A DNA stretch of 64,000 nt from positions 15,963 through 79,962 of the forward strand of contig CAZFHS010000029.1 in NCBI GenBank assembly GCA_964518955.1, written 5' to 3'. The position numbers were made by a program, and so were the translations under genes. The notes under the pieces were generated by a model. That model made no database searches, was not told the origin of the DNA, and saw only the letters and a program-made list of their open reading frames with translations. Numbering within the stretch: position 1 is the first letter of the stretch; each line of letters opens with the position of its first letter. The stretch comes from an uncultured Gemmatimonadaceae bacterium. GTDB taxonomy: Bacteria; Gemmatimonadota; Gemmatimonadetes; Gemmatimonadales; GWC2-71-9. Shown here in pieces: positions 1-10,132 of the stretch.

Positions 1-863
1 GGCACATGTCTCGTGACAGAATTGGTGCCTGTCCAAATCCGTCCACCCACTTCGGCCTCGGTCGAGAAGGGTCTACGCGCTGCCCACACCCCAACACCGG
101 TACTGTCTGCTGTTGTCATGGCCATGTTTTCGAGGTCGAGGAACTCGGTCTCAGGCTCAACGGTAACCACGGCACGTTGTCCCGGTGAATCGCCCGGCGC
201 GACCCGCAGCCGCACCGCACCGTCGTTGAGTAATAGAGCGCCGATCTCCGCAGAATACGCTGCACCCAGGTTGTCCCACGCCCAACCTGGTCCGACATGC
301 GTGTCATCAAAGAGATCGTCGTCACCAATTACGTTACCGGCAATCCGGCTTATTCCAAAAGCCTCGAGCGTGTCGGCCCAGGCGCGAAATGCCCCGGCGG
401 GATCGCCGTCGTAGAAGCGGCTCGATATGGCTGGGTCGCCTCCGCCGACGACAAGTAGATCTCCATTCAGCACACCCCGGACGGTGTCGATCGAGCCACA
501 AGCGGCAACCTGGGTCTTGAACCGGAAGTCCGCACCCAATCTCGAAAGCGCCACAGAGCTCGTCACGAGTTTCACATTGGATGCTGGCATGAACAGCTTG
601 CGCGCGTTCAAGCGATAAAGAATTTCGCCTGTCTCCACAGACTGTACCATCACGCCCCAATGAGCATTGGCAAATGCCGGATCGGCCAATATCTCGTCGA
701 ACTCGGCGCGGAGTCTATCCTGCGGCTCGAGCGCAACTGGAGACACAATCGGCTGCAGTGGCACCGGTTCAACCGGGGCACTGCGTGCCGGCAGGCACGC
801 AAGGGCGGCAATCGCTATAGTGCTGAGAGCGAACTGCCGGTGAAGCCAAATGCGCTCGATCAT
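1..863 (-). CDS. dacB: D-alanyl-D-alanine carboxypeptidase/endopeptidase, PBP4 / peptidase S13 family (N-terminal part; gene runs off the left edge)
   Basis: Absent from the ORF track because it has no stop in the window. Hand translation of the minus strand from ATG 863..861 gives MIERIWLHRQFALSTIAIAALACLPARSAP (signal peptide). It continues ...WGVMVQSVETGEILYRLNARKLFMPASNVKLVTSSVAL... (S-x-x-K active-site context typical of PBP4). The frame stays open for 287 codons to base 1. The ATG overlaps the TGA of the upstream gene (ATGA). Confidence 0.7.
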   Translation of the reverse strand, partial: MIERIWLHRQFALSTIAIAALACLPARSAPVEPVPLQPIVSPVALEPQDRLRAEFDEILADPAFANAHWGVMVQSVETGEILYRLNARKLFMPASNVKLVTSSVALSRLGADFRFKTQVAACGSIDTVRGVLNGDLLVVGGGDPAISSRFYDGDPAGAFRAWADTLEAFGISRIAGNVIGDDDLFDDTHVGPGWAWDNLGAAYSAEIGALLLNDGAVRLRVAPGDSPGQRAVVTVEPETEFLDLENMAMTTADSTGVGVWAARRPFSTEAEVGGRIWTGTNSVTRHV

Positions 864-2863
864 AACACCCCTACCATTTCCATCGCGCCGAGTTGCGCCG
901 CGCAACTCCCGCCCAGCGTACGTCCAAAGGTGAGACGCAACGCGGCCCTGATCCAAACAGGGGCTTCGGCGGTTCCAGTATCTCTGAACCATCCCTGTTC
1001 CATGAACCTAAACATCAATTCGTCGCTGGGCCTCCTTACGAGCGCCTGTTCTGCGTCCGCGGCCCATTGCTCGTAGCTCTGCCCTGGCCCGAACACCACC
1101 TTGTTCAGGTTCACGCACGGGGCGAGCGTAACAAAGGTCAGGAAGTTATCCCAGCGAATTCCACGCACGACCTGCTCATCCAACACAACGTTTGGCATCT
1201 TCCGCAGGGCTGCTTCGGCGTCGTAATCGGCCCTAGTCCCAGAGGCACGATCGGACATTGCTTGTATCCCAGCTCGCACGAAGTTGAGATCATCGGCGTC
1301 ATCTGTTCGACCGCTGGCGTAATAGAGTTTCGCCAATGCTTCGGTGCCATCATACACGAGCCTCGTGCCGATCATGGCGTCGAGCACCGTTGAACCCTCA
1401 TCGATCAGAACAAAACCCAAGGAGACGATTTCTCGAAGAGTCGTTTCGGCCCTACTAACGTTGTCCTGCGAAAACTGCAACGCGGCAGCCGCGACATGTG
1501 CATCCGTGCCATCCCTGATGCCCATATAGCGCGGTATCGGAAGCTGGAAAGGCGTAATGGTATCTGGAAACGGGAGAACATATCTCGTAGCTATGATGTC
1601 GACGGAATCCGCCAATGCGACAGTCCGAAACTCGACATGTGCTGGGTGAGCGGATACGCTGCCGAGGTACGCACGTTCACTCGCTCCAATCCCTTGCCGC
1701 ACTCTCTCAAAAAGACCGAGAACCCATTCCCCCCTCGGGCCGCCTACAACACTGTCTACATCCTCAGGGAACCACGCCTGTTCGTAGAAACGCGACGGCT
1801 CCCGCTGTAACTCCCAGTCACTCGATTCAAGGCCCGCAGAGAGAAGTGCGTGCAATGCCTCGCCGGCCTGCCGCGGTGTTACCGAGCCATCAGACTCGAG
1901 ATCGTAGCGACGCAACAGTTCTACTGCCGCCACCTTCGCCTGAGCGTGATCGAAACTCGGCACCGCGATTGCGGCAAGCACGGTTCCGACCGAACCGGTC
2001 ATGGTCACGGTGATTACGGGCACCGAGACCAACAAACCAAGGATTCCAATACAGATGGCACCGGCCCTGAACGACATTTCGTGCCCCGCGACTGCTCCGC
2101 CAAATCCCAGATCCTTCCGAATGAGTGAGGACTGTTCATTCCACTCCTCAACTAGGGAACTGACCTCTTGATCCACTTCCGCGCGCAGTGTCTTATCCCG
2201 GCGAATCTCCCAGACAAACATCCGGCCCATCAGACGACCAAGCACGCCCACCAACAGGAACAGGGCGGTGGGCGCAGCCGTGATAAACCAAACTCCCGAG
2301 GGGCCGAGCAAACCGCGCGCTCCGAGCATGATCGATGCAACAAATCCGAACGGCACCCATAACGCGGCAAACAGATACGCGCACGCGCCCACCATTCTGG
2401 TCACGAGCATCAGACCTCGCTTCGCCGGCGTCACTTGAGAGAAGAGCCTCGCGCCCTGAAGAAGGAAGCCGGTGTCTCTGGGAAAATCTGCCGCCACCTG
2501 AACGACCATCAACCACCCATGACCTTGCTTCGCGGCCTTTGCCCCCAGGCGCAAAAGCCCAACGAGGCGAGCGAAGCCATACAGCAGAACTACGAGTCCC
2601 ACCATCGTGGTGAGCAGCGGAGCCCACCAAACGCTGCCGAACGGCCCGAAGCTCCAAGATTCGTGTTCGCTCGCCGCCGACCAAAGCAGCGGTAGAAACA
2701 ACGTCGCGTCACCGATCGCAATCACTGCGATAGGAGGCCATAGCTTGCCCTGAGCAGCCTCGAGACCAGGAGGGGGCCAGGAAAGGAATTTTCGGCTCAC
2801 GGAATCCTGTTTGGGCTCCGAAGCTACGTCATCCGTCGGTGCTGAATCGTCGTTGCGGTCCAT
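860..2863 (-). CDS. hypothetical multi-pass membrane protein with a large C-terminal soluble domain
   Basis: 667-aa ORF. The N-terminal half has several long hydrophobic segments (LWPPIAVIAIGDATLFLPLLW, WAPLLTTMVGLVVLLYGF, GACAYLFAALWVPFGFVASIML, GAICIGILGLLVSVPVITV). No family motif recognised. Translationally coupled to dacB (ATGA). Confidence 0.5.
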   Translation of the reverse strand: MDRNDDSAPTDDVASEPKQDSVSRKFLSWPPPGLEAAQGKLWPPIAVIAIGDATLFLPLLWSAASEHESWSFGPFGSVWWAPLLTTMVGLVVLLYGFARLVGLLRLGAKAAKQGHGWLMVVQVAADFPRDTGFLLQGARLFSQVTPAKRGLMLVTRMVGACAYLFAALWVPFGFVASIMLGARGLLGPSGVWFITAAPTALFLLVGVLGRLMGRMFVWEIRRDKTLRAEVDQEVSSLVEEWNEQSSLIRKDLGFGGAVAGHEMSFRAGAICIGILGLLVSVPVITVTMTGSVGTVLAAIAVPSFDHAQAKVAAVELLRRYDLESDGSVTPRQAGEALHALLSAGLESSDWELQREPSRFYEQAWFPEDVDSVVGGPRGEWVLGLFERVRQGIGASERAYLGSVSAHPAHVEFRTVALADSVDIIATRYVLPFPDTITPFQLPIPRYMGIRDGTDAHVAAAALQFSQDNVSRAETTLREIVSLGFVLIDEGSTVLDAMIGTRLVYDGTEALAKLYYASGRTDDADDLNFVRAGIQAMSDRASGTRADYDAEAALRKMPNVVLDEQVVRGIRWDNFLTFVTLAPCVNLNKVVFGPGQSYEQWAADAEQALVRRPSDELMFRFMEQGWFRDTGTAEAPVWIRAALRLTFGRTLGGSCAAQLGAMEMVGVL

Positions 2864-2879
2864 CTGTCACCCCGCTAGG

Positions 2880-4913
2880 TCAAGGACGCTCAATGCCTTT
2901 CACGTACTTATCGTACCAAGCCAGGTAGCGCTCCAGCCGGTCCTTCTGATATGACGGCACGCGCAATCCATGTGATTGCCCCGGGTATACCACGAGTTGC
3001 GTTTCCCTACCCAGCCGTCTCAATGCCTGGTAGAGCTGCTCGGAATTCTGGATCGGCACGTTCCAGTCGTGCTCTCCACCCATGATCAATGTGGGCGTGA
3101 CGATGTTCTCCACCCTGTTGAACGGCGAGATGCGTTCCCATGCCTCTCGGTTCTCCCATGGGAGACCCAACTCTCCCTCCCACTGCAGCTGGTAATGATC
3201 GTGTCCATAGTTGGCCACGTAGAGAACTTCGCTCGCTCCTGTGATTGCAGCCTTGAACCTGTCTGTCTTGGTAATCACATGATCGGTCAGAATTCCGCCG
3301 TACGACCACCCCCCTACGCCGAGCTTCTCCGGATCTGCATATCCCTGCGCAATGGCATAGTCGACACCAGCCATCACGTCTTCGAAGTCCTTGTTGCCCC
3401 AGTCGGCCCATAGCGCGTGCGAGAACGCCTGCCCGTATCCCGAGGAGCCACGGGGATTCGTCATCACGACGACATATCCACGGGCAGCAAATAGCTGCGC
3501 ATCGAAGTTGAAGCTGTGGCTGTACTGAGAGACCGGTCCGCCATGGATCCGCAACAGTGTCGGATACCGCACGCCTGCATCGAAGCCCGGAGGTAAATAA
3601 ACGAACCCTTCGATCTCGGTGCCATCGCTGCTGGGGAATTGGACGTTTCTAACTTCGGCGAGTCGAATTCCAGAGATGAACTCTTCGTTCACTGTTGTGA
3701 TTTGCTCGAGTTCACTCCCGCGCAACAAGAAAACTTCCCCAGGCAGGTCGGTACGTGACACCAAGGTTGCAATCTTACCGCCGGGTCCGTAGTTGAAACT
3801 ACGCGCACTCAGTTGACCCGAAATTGGCCGGGTTATTCGGCCGCTCGAGGTTTCTATGTTCGCCAGGTGATTCTCGCCGCTGTCTTCGAGGCCGAAGTAG
3901 ATCGATCGACCGTTAGACGAATAGTGCGGAGAGCCTACGTTTCGATCCAACGACGCGGTGAGAACGCGCTCCTCCCCACCGTTTGCGGAAGCCACCGCGA
4001 GATGGTTTGTGGCGTACCATATCAACTCCGGCTGCGTCACCGTCACATATGCGATGGACTGACCGTCCGGGCTCCACGCAGGCGATCTGTCAGAACCGGT
4101 GTTGGTCGTAATTTGGAGAAGTGTCTCGCCCCGGTCGGTATTGTCGGCGGCTACGACCCAGATATCGCTATTGGAATTCCCGTCGGGGTTATCCGTTCGG
4201 TTGCTGACAAACGCTACCCGGCTTCCGTCAGGGCTCCACACAGCCTGAGACTCGTCGAAATCCCCGGAGGTGATCTGCGTGATCTCTTCGCTCGCGAGAT
4301 CGAAGACGTACAGGTGCGTGTGTCGATTACCTGTCAGGTATCCTGTACCGTCTCGTTTGAACTGCAGCCTATCTATTACCCACGGCTTCGGCGTGTCCGA
4401 CTCCTCGTCTTCGGCTTGTTCTTCGGGATCGCGTATGGTGAGCAGTAGCTTGGTGGCGTCGGGAGACCATGCGTAGCTCGAGATTCCCTGTTCCAGTTTG
4501 GTGAGTTGTACGGCTTCACCGCCATTCCGGTTCAATGTCCACACCTGGGTCCTGCTGCCATTCCTGGATGCGGTGAACGACAGAAACTGCCCGTCGGGAC
4601 TCCACCTCGGCTGGCTCGCGGATGATCCCTTCGCGGTCATCGGAATGGCTTCTCCACCATCGGCGGAAATCATCCAAATCCTGGTTTCGCTACTCTCATC
4701 CTCCAGGCTGGTGCTGCGCACAGTGAAGGCCACCCACTGACCGTCTGGGCTGACCTGGGGGTCGCCGACCCGTTGAATCTCGAACAGATCGTCGACGGTG
4801 AGAGCGCGCCTCGACTGACAAACGAGAGATTCTGGAGCGGAAAACACGAGCAGTAGGGACGCGAGCAACCAGGACGCAGGTAACAACGCCCTTCTGGGTG
4901 CATGGGTTTTCAT
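2880..4913 (-). CDS. S9 family serine peptidase (prolyl oligopeptidase / acylaminoacyl peptidase type) with N-terminal TolB-like beta-propeller
   Basis: Signal peptide present. Repeated WSPDG propeller signatures (PRWSPDGQ, YAWSPDAT, AVWSPDGS, PAWSPDGQ). C-terminal alpha/beta-hydrolase domain with nucleophile motif GGWSYGG and a downstream GGEHD / SHG catalytic context. Confidence 0.9.
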   Translation of the reverse strand: MKTHAPRRALLPASWLLASLLLVFSAPESLVCQSRRALTVDDLFEIQRVGDPQVSPDGQWVAFTVRSTSLEDESSETRIWMISADGGEAIPMTAKGSSASQPRWSPDGQFLSFTASRNGSRTQVWTLNRNGGEAVQLTKLEQGISSYAWSPDATKLLLTIRDPEEQAEDEESDTPKPWVIDRLQFKRDGTGYLTGNRHTHLYVFDLASEEITQITSGDFDESQAVWSPDGSRVAFVSNRTDNPDGNSNSDIWVVAADNTDRGETLLQITTNTGSDRSPAWSPDGQSIAYVTVTQPELIWYATNHLAVASANGGEERVLTASLDRNVGSPHYSSNGRSIYFGLEDSGENHLANIETSSGRITRPISGQLSARSFNYGPGGKIATLVSRTDLPGEVFLLRGSELEQITTVNEEFISGIRLAEVRNVQFPSSDGTEIEGFVYLPPGFDAGVRYPTLLRIHGGPVSQYSHSFNFDAQLFAARGYVVVMTNPRGSSGYGQAFSHALWADWGNKDFEDVMAGVDYAIAQGYADPEKLGVGGWSYGGILTDHVITKTDRFKAAITGASEVLYVANYGHDHYQLQWEGELGLPWENREAWERISPFNRVENIVTPTLIMGGEHDWNVPIQNSEQLYQALRRLGRETQLVVYPGQSHGLRVPSYQKDRLERYLAWYDKYVKGIERP

Positions 4914-4989
4914 TGGCGTACTCCGGTTCGGTCTGCGAGTTTATGCAGTCGTTCCAGCGGCCTGCCAACCAGCTTGCAACACCAGGCAG

Positions 4990-5739
4990 CTAGTTCACGA
5001 TTGGCCTGAGTTTGATGTTCCTGTAACGCAAAGTATGACCATGGTCCTGAAGTCCGATATGACCGGACGTGGCTCTTCCGTAACCCGGATAGTCGGCAAA
5101 CTTGCTGTCCTCGACCAACTGCTCCCACACGGGCGACCAAAATTCGTACTCCACCGTTAGCTGTCCGTTCAGCCAATGTTCGACGTGAGCCCCATTTACG
5201 ATGATCCTCGCGTGGTTCCATTCACCCAGAGGATTGGTTGCGGTGACCCTCGATGCGTGCAGATCGTAGTTGTCGCCGGTGAGGTGGGTGTGCATGTCCA
5301 TCGTGTTCATCTCGATGTACGCAGTATCATCCAACACCTGATACTCTGGTGCATTGTGCCAAATCGGTTCTCCCGGACTTTCGATTGCCCTGTAGAGTAT
5401 CCCACTGTTGGCCACGGGCGACAGCAAGAACTCGATGCTCAATTCGAAGTTTTCGAATTTTTCTTCAGTTATGATGTCTCCGCCGTAGCCCTCTTCTTCC
5501 CCGTCCGACGCCAGCACGATCAAACAGCCGTCGGCCACTTCCCAGCCGACTTCGGGGAAACTCTCCTGGTTGTAGCCTCTCCAACCGTTGGTGGAATGAC
5601 CGTCGAACAAGAGGATCCACCCCGCTTCTACTTCCGCTGCGGTCAACGTGTTGGGTGGTATGGGTGCTAGTTCCTCATCACTGCTCGCACACGCACTCAC
5701 CAGTATCGCTACCGTTGCCACTCCGATCCAATTCTCCAC
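4990..5739 (-). CDS. DUF1080 (3-keto-disaccharide hydrolase-like) domain lipoprotein
   Basis: Family-typical motifs: GWILLFDG.S..GWRG, NSGILYR, EYQVLDD, GHIGLQDHGH.LRYRNIKL. I moved the start to GTG 5739, which is preceded by GAGGGGGG and lies 12 nt after the stop of the upstream gene. The ATG in the track (5811) would overlap that gene by 61 nt. The resulting N-terminus VENWIGVATVAILVSAC looks like a lipobox. Confidence 0.8.
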   Translation of the reverse strand: MENWIGVATVAILVSACASSDEELAPIPPNTLTAAEVEAGWILLFDGHSTNGWRGYNQESFPEVGWEVADGCLIVLASDGEEEGYGGDIITEEKFENFELSIEFLLSPVANSGILYRAIESPGEPIWHNAPEYQVLDDTAYIEMNTMDMHTHLTGDNYDLHASRVTATNPLGEWNHARIIVNGAHVEHWLNGQLTVEYEFWSPVWEQLVEDSKFADYPGYGRATSGHIGLQDHGHTLRYRNIKLRPIVN

Positions 5740-5750
5740 CTTTCCCCCCC

Positions 5751-7115
5751 TCACGACGACACCCTCATGTTGTCGGGATCCCATCTCACGATTGTCTCTT
5801 CCGCCAGGCAATCGTTGCAGATCAAGGCTGGTGCGGCGGCCCTGAAGCCGAAAACCGCATCCTCAATCACAGGCCTGCCGTCGCGAACTCCCGCAAAGAA
5901 GTTGTTGAAATGGTCCACGTGCGCTCCCCAGTATCCCTCCTCCGCCTTGTATACGCTCTCGCTGGGCGGCAGCATCTGCTTTCGCTCCCCAAAACTTGCC
6001 GCACGCTCGTCTTCTTTGGCTTTTGCGAATGGATCCTCGTTCGGATCGTTCTTTTTGTTGAGCCGCACCGTCACTTCAGTCCAGGTGATATCCATCGACC
6101 CCTCGTTGCCGACAAGGCGCAGATAGGTGCTGCCGGACGTTCCATCGACGAAGTTGCACCGTAGGGAGAGGTTGAAGGGCGGATGGTTCTCGGTTTCGGG
6201 GTAATCGAACATCCCAAGCACGACGTCGGGCGCATCCCTTCCATCCTTCCAGAACCGCAGGCCTCCTGTGGCTTGGATCTTGTTCGGACCGTTGGAACCG
6301 ACGATTGAATGGAGGCTCGAGAACAGGTGCACAAAGAGATCGCCGGACACGCCCGTGCCATAGTCGTAGTAGTTGCGCCACCTGAAAAACCGTATCGGAT
6401 CAAACGGGTGACGGGGTGCCTCACCAAGGAATTCATCCCAATCAACAGTTTCGGGAGAAGCGTCCTCGGGAATCTCGTATTGCCATGCGCCGTTCGGCGA
6501 ATTTCTAGCCCAGAAACCCTCTGCGTAGTTCAGTTCGCCAATGACGCCCTGCTCGTACAGTTCCCTGGCCTTCTCGTTTCCAAGCGAACTCATGCCCTGG
6601 CTGCCGACCTCCAGTGTTTGCCCGGTTTCGTCCTGAGCGCGAATCATCTCGGGCCCTTCATCCAGACTGTGGACCATCGGCTTTTCTACGTACACCGCCT
6701 TCCCAGCCCGCATGGCGTCTATCGAGATTTTTTTGTGCCAGTGATCGGGGACGGCGACAATCACGGCATCCACATCGTCTCGCGCGATGATCTCGCGGTA
6801 ATCCCGCGTCGTGACGATCGGATCTTCTTCGCCCCACTCTTCCTGGGCCTTTGTGAGCCGCCCGTCATACAGGTCACATGCGGCAATGAGCTTCACCCCT
6901 TCGATACCAATCGCAGTATTCGTGTCGATGGTGCCCATACCTCCGGCACCGATCAAGGCGAGCTGGATCTGGTCGTTGGGCGAGTATCTGGATCGCTCAG
7001 GGCGCACGAGTGTTCGGGTAGCGCCCATTGAGTGTGGAGAGGGCACAGCGGCAGCCACGTACGTTCCAGCGGCAACTTTGGTGAGAAAGGACCTTCGCGA
7101 TTCGGACTTGGTCAT
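5751..7115 (-). CDS. Gfo/Idh/MocA family oxidoreductase with twin-arginine (Tat) signal
   Basis: N-terminal SRRSFLTKVAAG Tat motif. Rossmann motif LALIGAGGMG. Overall 454-aa architecture typical of periplasmic Gfo/Idh/MocA dehydrogenases, which are commonly paired with DUF1080 proteins. Confidence 0.9.
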   Translation of the reverse strand: MTKSESRRSFLTKVAAGTYVAAAVPSPHSMGATRTLVRPERSRYSPNDQIQLALIGAGGMGTIDTNTAIGIEGVKLIAACDLYDGRLTKAQEEWGEEDPIVTTRDYREIIARDDVDAVIVAVPDHWHKKISIDAMRAGKAVYVEKPMVHSLDEGPEMIRAQDETGQTLEVGSQGMSSLGNEKARELYEQGVIGELNYAEGFWARNSPNGAWQYEIPEDASPETVDWDEFLGEAPRHPFDPIRFFRWRNYYDYGTGVSGDLFVHLFSSLHSIVGSNGPNKIQATGGLRFWKDGRDAPDVVLGMFDYPETENHPPFNLSLRCNFVDGTSGSTYLRLVGNEGSMDITWTEVTVRLNKKNDPNEDPFAKAKEDERAASFGERKQMLPPSESVYKAEEGYWGAHVDHFNNFFAGVRDGRPVIEDAVFGFRAAAPALICNDCLAEETIVRWDPDNMRVSS

Positions 7116-7161
7116 CTCGCTGCTCCTAGGAGTATTAAATGATGGTGATGAGAGGGATCAC

Positions 7162-8439
7162 TTAATGCACAGAACAGGATATGCAGGGATCGTATGATCG
7201 AACGAGCATCGAGCAGAGCAATTCGAGATCCTCGTCGGTCATGGTATCGGAGACGAACTGCGGAACCAGATCGTTCAGGTCGTGCTGGATATTTGCATGG
7301 TTCTGAGTCGTCGGAATGACACAGTCAGCCTTGATCACGCGCCCATCGGCGCCGTATTCGTAGCAGTGGTAAAGAATCCCCCTGGGCGCTTCAACGACCC
7401 CCACTCCGATACCCGCTTGCGGAGTGAAATCGGAGCGTGCCGGTCCCTGGTCTCCAGGACCGGTCAGCACGTCGGTCAGGCGAATTGCCTCGAGCGTCGC
7501 ATGCACACATTCAACAACACGCGCTGCGTTGTTCAAAAACGGATTATGACAAACCGGTTCCAATCCCAGTTCCGCCGCAACCGCGCTCGCTTCAGAATGC
7601 AGGCACCGGTGATTGTTGTTGAAACGAGCGAGTGCACCAACGGCAAAGGACTCTCTCGACAGCTTGCACCACTTGGAGGTTCCTTTGCCAACGACATATT
7701 CGTTGGTCATCTCCAGGTACTTGTAGGCGGGGCGCACCACACCGTCCGTAGACACCATCTCCCGTCCGATGAAGGCGTAGTCGTCGTCACCTTTGATCGA
7801 TACGAACTCGGTCTCTCGTACGAAGTCAGGAATCTCAAACGACTTGAACACCTCGACCACAGTCTTGAGATCTTCCATCGAGCGCACGAGTTCATCACGC
7901 ATGCCAAGCAACTTTTCACGACTCGGCACCATCGAAACACCACCGACGCAAAACGCCACCGGGTGCGTGGTTCTTCCTGCTACCAGATCACATAGGCGAT
8001 TCGCCAGGCTCTTGAGGCGCTTCGCGAGATCGACCAACTCCGGATGTGTGGCAATCAGCGGAATCACACTAGGGAGACGGAGAAAATCCGGCGCGGCCAA
8101 GAAGAACAAATGCAACACGTGACTCTGTAGTGTTTCGCCGTGCTTCGCCAGCAACCTGAGATTTGCAGCCTGCTCAGGAATGGCAATCCCGAATGCATCC
8201 TCTGTGGCTTCAAGACTGGTCAGACAGTGAGCAATGGAACAGATGCCGCATATTCGCGAGCTCAACAGAGGCGACGCCGTATAGTGTTTGCCCTTCAGCA
8301 TCACTTCGAAGAACCGTGGCGTTTCCACGACTTCCCAGCTCGCTTTCTCGAGCTTGCCGTCACGAACCCGAACCTTGATGTTGCCGTGCCCCTCGACACG
8401 GGCGATATGATGTAGATCGACGTCCAGGTTGACTTTCAT
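7162..8439 (-). CDS. hydA: [NiFe]-hydrogenase large (alpha) subunit, cytosolic group 3 (3b-like sulfhydrogenase type)
   Basis: N-terminal Ni-binding motif RICGICSIAH and C-terminal DPCISCSVH. Last gene of a beta-gamma-delta-alpha set. Confidence 0.9.
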   Translation of the reverse strand: MKVNLDVDLHHIARVEGHGNIKVRVRDGKLEKASWEVVETPRFFEVMLKGKHYTASPLLSSRICGICSIAHCLTSLEATEDAFGIAIPEQAANLRLLAKHGETLQSHVLHLFFLAAPDFLRLPSVIPLIATHPELVDLAKRLKSLANRLCDLVAGRTTHPVAFCVGGVSMVPSREKLLGMRDELVRSMEDLKTVVEVFKSFEIPDFVRETEFVSIKGDDDYAFIGREMVSTDGVVRPAYKYLEMTNEYVVGKGTSKWCKLSRESFAVGALARFNNNHRCLHSEASAVAAELGLEPVCHNPFLNNAARVVECVHATLEAIRLTDVLTGPGDQGPARSDFTPQAGIGVGVVEAPRGILYHCYEYGADGRVIKADCVIPTTQNHANIQHDLNDLVPQFVSDTMTDEDLELLCSMLVRSYDPCISCSVH

Positions 8440-9218
8440 CTGACACCCTCGAATCCGCCGAAGAATTCGAAACGTTCCGCAATCTCACGTTCCCCGAACC
8501 CACGTTCTTTGGCGATTTCCAGAAAAGACTCTATGTTCGCGTCCTCTGCGGGGCCGCGGCAGCCCCAACAACCCAACCCTCCAGCCGGACATGGGGCATT
8601 GCATCCGCCTCGGGTGATCGGCCCCAGGCATAGCTGGCCTGTGTTGGCGCACCCGACCTCCGTGCAATCGAGATCGCACACACAAACCGTGTAGCGTTGC
8701 TTGCACTCGAGGCAGACCGGGTAGGCGGGAAAATGGTAGGGCACATCCCACACCATATGCTGGATGATGCGTTCGACTTCTTCTTTGCTGACCGGACATC
8801 CCGGGATCTTGAGATCGACCTTGACCACTTCGTGGACAGCACGAGCGGGAAGTGTTTCCTTAGCGCGTTCGCCGTACACCTCGCGATTGGCATCATTCAG
8901 GTCGAATGCATTCTTCAGCTTATTCACGCCTCCGAACGTCGCACACGCTCCCAGGGCAACGAGCGTCGTTGCCCTCTCACGAATCTTGAGTAGACGTTCG
9001 ATTTCATCACTGCGAGTGATTGAGCCCTCGATCATCGCGATATCATATTCTTCGCTGCGCGCTGAGGATATTTCGCGAAAATCTACGACCTCGATGGTCT
9101 CGAGGAAGTCCACGAGCGTCTCTTCTTTGTTCGCCAACTGCAGCTCACAACCCTCGCACGACGTGAAGTCAAACACCGCCACCCGTGGCTTCTTCGGTTC
9201 AATGCCTAGGTACTTCAT
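8436..9218 (-). CDS. hydD: [NiFe]-hydrogenase small (delta) subunit, group 3
   Basis: True start taken at ATG 9218 (MKYLGIEPKKPRVAVFDFTSCEGCELQ, the proximal-cluster CxxC). The track start at 9395 lies inside the upstream gene. Further Cys clusters: GCPVSKEE, CLECK, CNAPCPAGGLGCWGC. The stop overlaps the hydA start. Confidence 0.85.
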   Translation of the reverse strand: MKYLGIEPKKPRVAVFDFTSCEGCELQLANKEETLVDFLETIEVVDFREISSARSEEYDIAMIEGSITRSDEIERLLKIRERATTLVALGACATFGGVNKLKNAFDLNDANREVYGERAKETLPARAVHEVVKVDLKIPGCPVSKEEVERIIQHMVWDVPYHFPAYPVCLECKQRYTVCVCDLDCTEVGCANTGQLCLGPITRGGCNAPCPAGGLGCWGCRGPAEDANIESFLEIAKERGFGEREIAERFEFFGGFEGVR

Positions 9219-9223
9219 GGGCG

Positions 9224-10132
9224 CTAGATCGCTTCCTTGAGATTCATGACAGTCCAGTAGTCGAACACGGGCCCTGAGACACAGGTGTAGGTCGACCCAA
9301 CATTGCAGCGGCAACACTTGCCCATGCCGCAGTGCATGCGCCGTTCGAGCGAAACGAACATGCGCTGCATAGGCATGCCTTGCTCGCTGAGCCAATTACA
9401 GACGTATTTGAACATCACAGGTGGCCCACATACGATCGCGAACGTGTCGCGCGATACATCGCCGACACTGGGCAAGAGATCCGTAATCCTTCCGACCGGC
9501 CCACGCCACGACTCGTCACCACGATCTACTATGATCGACAGCTCCACTCCGTCGACCCGCCGCCACTGTTCGTACTGGTAGTCGAACAGGAGGTTGCTCG
9601 GATTTGCAGTGCCGTAGAGAATGTGCACGTTTTCGTAGTCAGCTCGGTTCTCTGTGACACTGAAGATCGCCGACCGTAGTGGAGCCAATCCAAGCCCACC
9701 CGCAATGAGCAGCACGTTGTTGCTTTTCATCCGTTCGAGCGGGAAGTGAGTGCCAAACGGACCGCGGATTCCGACCAACGAACCCGGCTGAGCGCGATGC
9801 AGAACCCCTGTCACCAACCCCGCCCTTCTGATGCAAAGCTCGAGCATGCCCCTCTGCGTGGTGGATCCCGAAATGGATATGGGGATTTCCCCGTAACCTG
9901 GGACCTCGACCATGACAAACTGGCCTGGTAAGAAGGTGAACCGTTCCCTTTCGCTCTGACGAACGAGCCGAATGTGGAACAGCTTCTCCATATCCGTGAG
10001 CTTGGTGATGTTGGTGATTTCTGCCTTGAAAGTCCGGTCCACGTGCTGGAGGCGGTCACGACGTCTGAAGTTCAAGGGCTCCTGTACCTCGGCCTCTTTG
10101 TTGACGTCGTATGGATGAAACAGGCCGGTCAT
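9224..10132 (-). CDS. hydG: hydrogenase gamma subunit, FAD/NAD(P)-binding ferredoxin-reductase-like with C-terminal 2Fe-2S site
   Basis: Start at ATG 10132, overlapping the hydB stop (ATGA). FNR-like fold motifs (GQFVMVEVPGYGEIPISI, LLIAGGLGLAP). C-terminal CGMGKCCRCNV...C cluster as in sulfhydrogenase gamma / AsrB-type proteins. Confidence 0.85.
   Translation of the reverse strand: MTGLFHPYDVNKEAEVQEPLNFRRRDRLQHVDRTFKAEITNITKLTDMEKLFHIRLVRQSERERFTFLPGQFVMVEVPGYGEIPISISGSTTQRGMLELCIRRAGLVTGVLHRAQPGSLVGIRGPFGTHFPLERMKSNNVLLIAGGLGLAPLRSAIFSVTENRADYENVHILYGTANPSNLLFDYQYEQWRRVDGVELSIIVDRGDESWRGPVGRITDLLPSVGDVSRDTFAIVCGPPVMFKYVCNWLSEQGMPMQRMFVSLERRMHCGMGKCCRCNVGSTYTCVSGPVFDYWTVMNLKEAI

Noticed and set aside
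13-660. Track ORFs 13..414 (+), 427..618 (+) and 334..660 (-)
   Set aside because: The region is fully explained by the minus-strand dacB-like frame, which is open from 863 to 1 and carries a signal peptide and an SxxK motif. The listed ORFs lie in other frames and look like Arg/Pro/Ser-rich noise.
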